A stretch of 64,000 nucleotides of DNA from Marsupella aquatica (lineage: Eukaryota > Plantae > Marchantiophyta). Under the pieces are notes generated by a model that ran no database searches, had not been told where the DNA came from, and saw only the letters and a program-made list of their open reading frames with translations. Below are positions 38,196 through 61,115 of this stretch, in pieces. The stretch covers positions 14,070,225 through 14,134,224 of the forward strand of contig OZ316895.1 of assembly GCA_973895155.1 (NCBI GenBank). The letters are read 5' to 3'. The first letter of the stretch is position 1; every line of letters begins with the position of its first letter. The position numbers and the translations under genes were made by a program.

Positions 38196-38654
38196 AATAA
38201 GGTCTTGTTTCCTGAGTATTATTGACCATAGTGGCCCCTAAAAAAAAGAAAAAGGGAAGGGAGTGTGTTTTTAATTACAAAAATTTGTGAAATCCCACGG
38301 AAAAAAAGGATTATGGGCTTCTGGGAAAAAATAGCAAGTTTTTGTTCTACTTTCGCCACATACCCTACTTCCCAGAATCTGACGGTTTGCCTGAAGTCTA
38401 GGGAGGAATAATGTTCAGAGATTAATCTAAGATGGTTACATGGAAAATTTTCCAAGAACTTCTGAAACACCAGGTGAGATTTTCCACTATGGGACAAAGA
38501 GAAAAAGCTTAAAAGTAGTCTCCTAGGCAGACCATGGCTGCAGGGTGCTATGCTGGTTGACCATGGATGGGACTCTGTACTGGCCGGCTGTGTAGTAGCT
38601 AACGAGGCTAGGTGACACCGTGACAGGGGATATGCATGCATGGGGACTGAGGAG

Positions 38655-38698
38655 GGCCCAAGGAGTCCATTTCAAACAAATGGGCCTCGTTAGGGTTT
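38655..38698. promoter_or_regulatory. Site II motifs plus telo-box upstream of the ABCC gene
   Basis: GGCCCA at 38655, TGGGCC at 38681 and TAGGGTTT at 38691, just before the pyrimidine-rich leader. Confidence 0.4.
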
Positions 38699-38769
38699 TT
38701 TTCCCCCTTGGAGGGACCCATCAAGTATTTTTTCTCCTTACGAGACAAAAGAAATTCCCGGTTTTATTC

Positions 38770-39581
38770 GGGGTCATGTTTGTCGCATCTCTCTACTGAA
38801 CATTCGCACGTTGTTTCCTCCCCTTCATCGTCGGATGTCACTCACCTTGTGCTTCTTCTTCTTCTTCTTCTTCCGTTTTCGCTTCCGTTCTGTGCTCGCG
38901 TTTCCGTGCTGAAGACGGAGGTGCACTGGACTGGACTGGACTGGACTGGACTGCAATTGGACTCGCTCTGCTCTCTGGATGGGATTGGGATTGGGATTTG
39001 GGTTGGGCTGTTCGCACGGACGGGATTACACGGCTGGAATGATGATGGACGGAGGAGTCGTGGCCGCAGCAGCAGCAGCAGCAGCAGCAGCTGTGTTGAC
39101 GATGATGATTGCGGGAAGGGAATTTCAATCGAGGTTTGTGTGCTGAATGGAGGAGAGCAGGAGGTGGCGGTAGTAGGTGTGGAGTTGGGGAGAGTCACGA
39201 GGACTCGAGAGGACTCGAGATCCCGGAGTAGTTTCTCTGATGCGCGGGAAGCGAATTTTGGATTTGGACGCTGCGGTGAGGGTTGTGTGGCATGATGGAG
39301 GTGGGAGGGGCACTTCAGGGGAGCTAGGGTGACCGGTGGACCACTTTCGATCAGGTCACCGGCTGGCGATTCGAAGGCTCTGCTACGGGAGCGTAGGGAT
39401 TGCTTTTGAAACGGGTGGGAGGGTTTCACAGAGGGGACGGGTCTCTGGTTGATGGATGGATGGAGTTTTGGAGAATTGAGTTTAGGCAGGATGAAGAGGG
39501 TTTGACGGAGGAGTGTCTGGAGCGGGAGGTGGTGATTTGAGTAGGATTCGTCGTCAGGCTGCCAGCTTTGCAGATCCAGAA
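38770..39581 (+). promoter_or_regulatory. Probable long 5' UTR of the ABCC gene with microsatellites and uORFs
   Basis: (CTT)n, (CTGGA)n, (GGGATT)n and (GCA)8 tracts. ATG ORFs at 39039-39146, 39147-39173 and 39240-39332. The TSS is inferred. Confidence 0.55.
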
Positions 39582-52345
<12,764 letters not shown>

Positions 52346-52356
52346 ATCTTTATTAC

Positions 52357-52537
52357 TTGACTTAAATATGCATGGTTTGGTCAAGTACCTGTTGGCAGGA
52401 CTTAACTTAATTATGCATGCTTTGGTCAACTGCTTGTTTGGCAGGGCTTAACTTAATTTTGTATGCTCTAGTCAACTGCTTGTTGGCAGGGCTCAACTTA
52501 ATTATGCATGCTTTGGTCAACTGCTTGTTGGCAGGGC
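52357..52537. repeat. About 46-bp tandem repeat, four copies, in the ABCC 3' UTR
   Basis: CTTAACTTAATTATGCATGCTTTGGTCAACTGCTTGTTGGCAGGG, beginning about 12 bp after the stop codon. Confidence 0.9.
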
Positions 52538-54828
52538 CCATTCGACTCCTTAGAGAAGGGCAGTTAATTTCCTAGTTTGGCATCATTTTGGTCATAAAGT
52601 TAGCGGCGCGCTTTTGACCACCTTAAATGTTATTTTGAGATTCGATCATCGTTAAAGTCAGCACAGATTTCTTCTTCGAGGTTTGGAACGAAATCTTTTG
52701 TAAATATGGAGCCTCCGATCTTTAGTGAACCAGTTGCGGTTTCCAGTGTTAGCAACGCATCTTGGAACCTTTAAATTTCGCAGCACATAACAAGATCGCG
52801 TACCCGTAGGGGTTCACTGACCGGGGACCCAGTGGTGAACAAGCTCGGGCTTTCTCATAACTTGAGACCCAACTGAACCCATCATATACCAGAACTATGG
52901 GAAGCTCTCTTTCTATATGCAATTAAGTAAATTGGCTGTCACCAAACAGGCGAGATGCCAATAGACGGGGTAGCTCGAGGTCCGGTTCAACACGAACTGG
53001 GTGGAACAATGAGAACTTATTGTGGGCGAAGTTCTAGGTGGGGTCTGACAAACCTGGGCCTTAAACGAACTAGCGTGCAGTTGTTGATAGTACTTTGCCG
53101 ATATTCTTCATGGTTTAATTGCTGGATTCCTGGAATCTGAGAAACTTTGCAAGGTAGTTCATGACGTCCCATCTCTAGGGCTTGCAAGTCAAGAATGACC
53201 GCAATAATCAGACTTTCTGCTAAGTACTGAATTAAATCTCTAGATCCATTTCCTAGGTAGGTACAATCTACGGTGGTCAGCTCACAATTTGTATCGAATT
53301 GCAGAGGTAACAAACTGATGGATACAGAATCGAAGTACTCGAATTGACGCAGAAATTGAAAGGCCTCAAACTGAAGCAAGGGGATGGTGGAATTAAAATA
53401 CCGAATACCCATTGAATTGCTACTCTACAATTGAATTGGAGAAAGCGAAAAGATCATGCCAAGGTAACCTTAACATTCATTACACCAAAATCCAACAATA
53501 GTTATTTCCACTCGATAATCCCCTTGTCCATCAAATTATTCAATTTGGTTATCTTGGTATCTTATGTAAGTAGGAAAATTCCCAAATTCAATTTCGTCGT
53601 CTTGGTATTTAGTGTAGGTAGAAGTATTCCCACAGAACAGGTTTATACCGGTCTTATCATTATCCTGTGATTGATTCTTGTTCAACAGATACCTTTCCCC
53701 CTCCTTAATGACTTAATTGACCGATATCTTGAATGAAACTGCAGCCTTCCTACCTGCAGTAGACCAGTTCCTAGTTCCTGTCCATCCTTGCCATTATAAC
53801 TCAAAGTGCATCATTATTCTGAAATTAAGCCAATTCTTACTTGCATTCCCACTTGCACATTTCAGGAATCAACTACAAGAGTTAGAACAACTATTGTACA
53901 GATTTGATGGCTATTAGTGTTAGCACCCAATTAGTGCAAGTGGAAAATAAGTGTGACTAATGATGAAAGGGGAATAGGGCATATTGAACTTATTTCATGC
54001 ATGCTAGGGCTAAGAATTTTCATACTGGGGCACCCACTTTCGTTCCATTGGGCCAAAAGTGGTGTAAGATGTATTTAAAGTTGTTGTTTAGATAGCATTA
54101 ATTTATAAGTTTAGGCAAAAGTTTGCTGCATCAGAATTAGTGTTAGTAACACTATTTGCAGTGAACAGTGTAGTCTGCATGAAAAAGAAGTGACTATGTG
54201 AAAAAAAAGGAAGCAGGAGGAGTGAGTAATAACATGGAGTGCAGAATTTTGGATCTGGCTATTGGTATCCCAGTCTCTGAGTCTACTAATTTGCTGCGCT
54301 TCAATATGTTGTAATCAGGGTTGCCAAACTGATAATGGGAGGTAAAAATGTGTAATGTATTGGGAATTTATGCTGGAAGGCTTTCTATTTGGACAATTCT
54401 CGAAACGGGCAGACTTTATATAACTTTTAGTCATTGCCAAAAATTTCCAACTTTATTCTTAAAGTGCAATACTCTCTCTCCCAATGCAGTCGAATGTGAC
54501 AAAATCGTTTTCGACTTACAAACCGATTTTTCAGGGAGGGCTAAAAGGCTATGACTCCTTTTATGCATTCCCATCAAACAAATGAGGCTATCCTTTCTTA
54601 TGGGGATCTATAGCTTCTTTTATAAGTTGGGAATGAAGGATAACAGGAAATTCGCTGCCTGCATTCCAGATGAGCACTTGCTTTTGTGTGGGTTCCCGCT
54701 TGAAAAAAGAGAGAAAAATAGCAAGAAAGCTTACTTTCAGAATTGTAGTTGGGATTAGTTTAGTTGAAGAGGTCCCCTTGTGTAGTCGATTGAGCGCATT
54801 GGTTCTCTGCTTCATGACTTTCGACCAT

Positions 54829-55270
54829 ATCATCCAGGAGAATGCCCTGTGTCTGACTAATCGAGAAGGATCCCAAAATCTTGAAGTTCAAGAGTAACCA
54901 AATCTGCCACTTTCTCAATATTCTGTGGTCCAATCCACAACCGCAATTAACGGAGATCATTCAGGAGGATGCCCTGCTCAAAAAGTGGCGATCGACTAAT
55001 CGAGAAGGGTCCCAAAATCTCATGCTCTGAAGCTCAAAGTTTAAGAGTAACCAAATCTGCAACTTTCTCAATATTGCATGAAGCAGTCCACAACCGCGAT
55101 TAACGAAGATAATTTAGGAGGATGCCCTGCTCAAAACGTGGCTACAGGATACACTACACTAATCGAGCTCCAAACGTGACTACAGGATACACTCCACTAA
55201 TCGAGCTCAAAACGTGGCTACAGGATACACTCCACTAATCGAGAAGGATCCCAAAATCTCATGCTCTAAA
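54829..55270. repeat. Compound repeat: 140-160 bp units with a nested 38-bp unit in three copies
   Basis: ACTAATCGAGAAGG.TCCCAAAATCT occurs three times, AAGAGTAACCAAATCTGC twice and GCTC.AAACGTG.CTACAGGATACACT.CACTAATCGA three times (55129-55243). Confidence 0.9.
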
Positions 55271-55793
55271 TCTAGAGACTAAGAGCTGGATGGAGAAGGT
55301 GCCAACCCTTTCACTACTTCTGCCACTCCTCAAGTCATGGCCATACCGAAATCTTATAACAAGAAAAAAGTCTCAGGTCTTTCGTCGTACTTCATGATTT
55401 AATTGATTGAGATCGTTTATGAATGTGGAGCCTCCTCCAGCAGTGAACCAGCTCTTGACCATCGTTGCGTGCCAACGTACACTTTGAGTGCTGAATCTGT
55501 ATCTCAAGATTCTTACGCGCTTTTCCCATGCACATTCCAGGAATTTGCTACAGTACTTAGAACAAGTCGATCTACGTCTGGCTATTGGTATTCAATCTCC
55601 GAGTCTACTGATTCCCTGCAAGCCAATCAGGGAGCAAACTAATGACAGATAGAATATAGCCTTTTTTACACATTCGAATTAAACAAATATGGCCTCCTCC
55701 TCTCTTCCCGGAAAGTAGAGCTTACTTTATAAGTTGGAAACGACAAGTGACAAGAAAGCACTGGCCAGAGACTAAAGCAAAACTTGGGCTTGC

Positions 55794-56206
55794 TTGCAAC
55801 CAACTGGCTTTGGTCAGTTGGCCAGAGGATGAGCCTAGAACCTAGAGGTCCCAGGTTCAATCCTCCCTCCACACATAAGGGGTGTGGAGGGTATGTATGT
55901 ATGTGTGTGTGTGTGGGTGGGGTGTGTGTGTGTGGGTGGGGTGTAGTGGTGGGAGTATTGATTATCTCCTCAGCCCTGGTTGCCCACTTTGGGTTCTGGT
56001 TTAATCTTCTCTCCCTCCTGGTCTGGGTCCCTGTCGGATCCCTGGGTATTGTCCCCTTGTGGCTGCCCTACCCTCCTGGTCTGGGTCCCTGTCGGATCCC
56101 TGGGTATTGTCCCCTTGTGGCTGCCCTACATAGAAATGCATGCTCCAAAGCAGGACGTCTATCCTCTGTTGGATGGGCCTGCTTTCGGTTTTCAAGGCAA
56201 AAAAAA
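55794..56206 (+). mobile_element. tRNA-derived SINE, best-preserved copy, with 15-bp TSD
   Basis: TSD AAAACTTGGGCTTGC at 55779-55793 and 56203-56217. A-box TGGTCAGTTGG, B-box GGTTCAATCC, (GT)n/GGGT core, perfect internal 58-bp duplication (56013-56070 and 56071-56128) and an A8 tail. Confidence 0.93.
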
Positions 56207-57143
56207 CTTGGGCTTGCCTCTTTTCACAATCCAGCATTCCAGCCAACTTATCATTGCGTAACGGTAAAATCACAAGAAAGGCTACTCCTAGGATGTCCTC
56301 AACGGCCAGCGGACAAAGCCCGATCTCGCAGTCATAGCAGGGCTCCAGACAAAGATATGGGACACGGGAGCTCGCTCAGTCTAGAAAACTATTATGTCAA
56401 TCGACTAAAACACCAAGAAGACTCTATGCCAATGAACGGGGGGAGCTCGAGGTCAGTCACATGGTGGCTCTAAAAGCAACGAGGTAACTAAGCGAAACGC
56501 CGAGGTGGGCCCAACAAATACGTGCAGTGAACCAACTAGCGAACTCTTGTAAACGCCAGTGGTCAAGCCCTTCATGGATTAACCGCTGAATTAACCCTAA
56601 AGACTGAAAACCCCTTCCGTCCCGGACGTCAAAAGGGCAAAGCAATCAAGCATCCGGACCTGCACTCCATCGCTAAGGCTTTAAAACCCAAGAATGCTCA
56701 TCATGTTTTATGCTGAGATCATCTTCTAATCCCCTACCTTGCATTGTCTCCTGAATAACATGCCGCCTTTCATTTCTCCCTCATGCAAGGGACCATCAAC
56801 ATCCATCAGACAGTGAGTAGTAACCTTTCATTCTCATCTCTCAACGTCCCCCATCCAAGATTTAGCCAATGTCTATGTTACAAGCTGTTCCACTCGATCA
56901 ATCGTCTGACATCCGTCGCCCTTCTTTCTTTTCACACTGGTCGAAGCTTCAGCACAGGTGCTCGACGTTCTGCATTGCCCAGAGCTGTAGATAGGCGAAC
57001 TGCTGCTCTACCTCACTCGTCCCAAGGAGAGTAACATTGTGATAAACCTGTTCGATCTCTTCGTTATTCTTAGTACCGACTCCGCAACGTCTGGAAGATG
57101 AATCGCTGTGGAAAGAAAGAGGTGGTCCCAAAGGCACATTCCA

Positions 57144-57413
57144 TCACACAATTGCACAGGTCTTGTCAATGACGAGGCCCACAGCGGCGCCAGGGAGGGC
57201 GCAGGCGAGGTAGCCTCCCACGCTGGAGACGCCCGTCGCCCCCAGTACCACCAACACGATGCCCAACGTCAAATGCCGCTCGTCGAACGGACCCGCCGGC
57301 ACCAACGCGAAGATTCCAAAGAGAATGAAGAGCACGAGTCCCGCACATGCTCCCAGAGACCCCCATCCGAAGAAACATCCCGCAGTGCAACCGTAGCTCT
57401 CATCGTCCCCCAT
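57144..57413 (-). CDS. 89-aa Gly-rich small membrane protein with C-terminal CaaX box (CAIV)
   Basis: ATG at 57413. MGDDESYGCTAGCFFGWGSLGACAGLVLFILFGIFALVPAG...LTLGIVLVVLGATG...LACALPGAAVGLVIDKTCAIV*. GC-rich codon-like island against AT-richer flanks, 2-3 hydrophobic segments. No homolog recognised. Confidence 0.65.
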   Translation of the reverse strand: MGDDESYGCTAGCFFGWGSLGACAGLVLFILFGIFALVPAGPFDERHLTLGIVLVVLGATGVSSVGGYLACALPGAAVGLVIDKTCAIV

Positions 57414-58083
57414 CAATCACTCACTTCAGAACACAGATCTCTGTCCAATGCTTCTTTCTTCGTATCTTCGCCACCGATACGAATCCACCTGTGTCGACCT
57501 CTACACAGCTACAACAATGTCACGAGAGTCGAGAGACCCTCACCCTTCACATGAAACGAAATGAGCGACGTGAAGACGAAACGATTTCCGTTGAAATACA
57601 ACTATAAACGTAGCTCTCATTGTCCCCCATGGATCACTCCCTTCAGAACACAAATCTCTGCTCCCAATGCTTGTTTCTTCGTATCTTCGCCACGGACACG
57701 AATCCTCCTCTACATCTACACAACTACAACAATGTCACGAGAGTCGAGAGAGATCGCCCCTGCACATGAAACGAAATGCGGAACGTCAAGCTCCTCTTCA
57801 CTTCGATTGAAACAATTTCCGTTGAAACGCAACTATAAACGTAGCTCTCATCCTCCCCATTCGATCACACTCCCTTCAGAACACAAATCTCCGCTCCAAT
57901 GCTTCTTTCTTCTTCGTATCCTTGCCTCCGATACGAATCCTCCTCCTTCTCCCTCTACATCTACATCTACAACAACAACAACAACAATAATGTTTTGAGA
58001 GTCGAGAGACTTCGCCTTTCACATGAAACGAATGGCGTAACGTCAAGTTGTTCACTTCCGTTGAAACGATTTCCGTTAGAACA
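57392..58083. repeat. Tandem triplication (217 and 231 bp periods) covering the leader and first codons of the CaaX ORF
   Basis: CGTAGCTCTCAT at 57392, 57609 and 57840. Each unit has CTTCAGAACACA, TTCGTATC..GATACGAA, GAGAGTCGAGAGA, CACATGAAACGAA and TTTCCGTT. Confidence 0.93.
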
Positions 58084-58584
58084 CGACAGAAATCAATCTC
58101 TGCTGTGGATGTGCCAACGGGATTGCTGTTCTTCTAATCGCCCACCTCTATGCTATGCTATGCTATGCTGTACTGTGCTGTGCTGTGCTGCTTGGCATCC
58201 AGGTCAAATCCAAAGGACCACCGCTTTATGGTCACTCCCATCCTCACCTCGAGCAGTACAGCAGTCAGGAAGGAGCATTCATAATCCTGCTCGAGGAGTA
58301 CAGAGTCAGGAAGGAGCTTTCGTAATATAGCTTTTTACTAACCTGTCTCCCCAAATTATTATTAACCCCATATTACTCAAGTGCTGCGCAAACAAAATTA
58401 TTTATCAACTTGTCCCTTATGTCTAATTTGGGGTAGTATTAACTCCTTTACGGGTTCCTGTTGCCATGTGGCAAGTTGCTACTGGCTAGTCTTAACCTGC
58501 TGTGACGCCACTCGGCCCCCTTCCCTGTTGCGGTTTCCAGTAAAAAAAGGGAGGGCCAAAAGTGTCGGGTTTTTGTGAAGGGAG

Positions 58585-58927
58585 TGTTAGATATTGCTCT
58601 AGTCTTGTGACTCATAAGCTAACCACAGTTAGTCTAACTCGGGTTAGGACTTAGCTAATGTTAGCGGTAGTGCTGTTGTGCATATAGCCAGGGCTGATAC
58701 CAGACCCTGGTGGACTTAGGCTCATTGTTACGGAGCTAGTTGAGAGATAGGGAGAGCTTGTGCTATGGATGCTTGGTATGGCCGGTCGGCCTAGAGTGCA
58801 GTAAAGCTCTTGTGTGTTCCCGTGGACATAGCCTCATGTGGAGGTGAACCACGTATCTCTCTGTGTCGACTCTTGTGCGTTGGATGGTTCATGGGCTTGC
58901 CGTTGCGAATGTCGTCTATGCTCAACA
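58585..58927 (+). mobile_element. Solo LTR, Ty1/copia-like, 343 bp
   Basis: Termini TGTTAG...TCAACA with 5-bp TSD GGGAG (58580-58584 and 58928-58932). Internal CCCGTGGAC.TAG...GAACCACGT motif is typical of plant copia LTRs. No internal domain. Confidence 0.88.
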
Positions 58928-61115
58928 GGGAGTGTGGAGCAAAACATAATGTGTTTTTGCCCCCCCCAGACCTGCAACTCATCAAGCTTCCAAAGATACC
59001 AATGCAAACTCCTTTTGTGACAGGGAATTGAACTCATCAAGCTTCCAAAGACACCTCTTGCCAAGCACCTGGCTACCAGGTACACAGGTAGGTGCGGAGG
59101 AGGTGGTGATCAAGTACATTTCTGTGATAGGACACACTGGCCAACCAGCCCAACAGTGTGTCTTAGGAGGGGCTGGCCAGCCTATACAGTCAACATTGAC
59201 CTACTACACACTTCTGGCACCTCAACATGTGGCAAAGATTTAATTTGTTTGTTTGTTTCAGACGGGGTTTCAGAACTTCCATTTTTTGAGGTTGCTATAC
59301 TTTTGTTTTTGCCAATAACAAATACATTGACATGGCCCCTCCCTCCTGATTCATGGGCTATAAAACTTCTAAACTCGTCACCAGACACCTACAAGTTTTT
59401 AACATGAAAAATGCTCCAATCGAGCTCACTCCCACAAAGAACTTTGGTTGCCAGGCTGTACTATGGCATTGCTTGGGCTTTTCTTGTGGCTCTTTGGGTC
59501 GTGTGCTTTGGGCCTTCTGGTTTTGTTGTGGGTTTCTTTGGAAGACAGTTATATGGTGCAAAGTCACCTTGAACTCCAAAAAACAATAACTCACCCATAG
59601 AGATCCTCGGGGAGATCCTCCACCCCTATCGATCTCCTTATGGCACTTTGACTCCATCCCTCACACTTCAGGGTCCCAATTCAAGGAGAAACACCTGCTC
59701 ATCTTTAACTCTATTTCTTGTGCATCACCTCATCTTGATCCTCACCCTACATCATGCACATGCACCTTACTTTTAGTCCGTTCCCATTTGTAACTACAGC
59801 TATAGCCTTGTCCCATTGGCTTCCCTTTCTACCATTTAGTGGGTTGCCTTCACTAGCCAAACATTTTTGAAGGTCCCTGAAGATTCAACTTGCTTTCAGT
59901 CTGCTATTTTGGGGCTCTTATAAACTATGTGCACCAAAGCAGAATTTATTTGATTTTGGGGGCTGTTAAAGAGAGCCTTTTATCAGGGCCAATCAGCGGT
60001 ATGTTCGTAAGTGGTGTAAATTCAGTGGGCTAATTAATTATGCTCTAGTAAATAAATGAGACATTCAGTGGTGGTCATGGTCACAAGAGACTACCCACAA
60101 ATGGAGTATGAGAACTGGCAACTTGAGGAGATCCTGAGTGTCTCGGAGCCCTGGCATTAACTGGTTACGGGTCGGCCGTAAGTGCCCTGTCAGGGTTACA
60201 AGCAAGAAAATTACAGGAGGCCACAATAGGGAAACCCTTAAATCCCATAGCCATCAAAAGGCCTTTCACCAAGTGACCCAAGTGCATTTGGGACAGCACT
60301 GTACAAATTGAGGCTAAGATAGTGTAAAATTACAACATGTACAATCTAGAAGAATCTATCACAGTTGGTCCTCTCGATCGACCAGAGTGTTGGTATATAA
60401 GTAACCTATAAAATTACACTTGCAATTCAAGGAGAGGCTGCTTCAGGAGAGTTATGTTGAAGGAGAAACAGTTCTCATCCTCTACTTGCTGTCTATCAGA
60501 GGGTCATCGATCTACAAACTCTCCCAAATTTGGGATTTCTACTCTTGCAAGATCCAGATTTTATAGAAAGCCAGATAATTATACGTTGCAATGATAGTAT
60601 ACCCATCTCCATCGAGCCTGCATCACGCAACCACTAATGATCTGTTAGAAAAGAGTTCAAAGAACCTATGAAGCTGGCAAAATAATGGGAAGCTCTCCTT
60701 TTCCAGATTGAGCTGTCTTGCATGCTGACTTCTATTCGCTCGTGATGGACAGACCAAATCAATTCCATGTTTGTATGGACGATGTATCACGAGGATGGGC
60801 CAAGATGACTCCATGTCACACAAATTGATCAATGTCTCTCACAATGGAGAGGTACCAAGAACTGAGGATGAGAACTAACTTTACGAACTATATACCAAGC
60901 CAAAACAAAGATTAGATTTCTGATTTACGATTTGGAGATGGGCGTGCTTCTCACAAAAGTGTGACTTTCTAAGATATTACAATTAGAGTATGGGAGCTAC
61001 TGATGAAGCCAGAGGAAAGATTGGCCATTACCAATGATAAAGTCTGTCGTATCGATCATCTGGCCCAAGGGAACGAGTCTTAGATATCCGTCAACTATTC
61101 TGTTATACAACGCCC

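Noticed and set aside
53017-53917. Coding-like minus-strand frames (131-aa ORF and upstream)
   Set aside because: No recognisable domain or splice structure, and internal stops; cannot be supported without a search.
55794-55872. SINE heads as functional tRNA genes
   Set aside because: A and B boxes are present, but acceptor and anticodon stems do not pair, and each continues into a shared body and tail.
55784-56473. 229-aa ORF
   Set aside because: Read-through translation of the SINE and its flank; non-ATG start.
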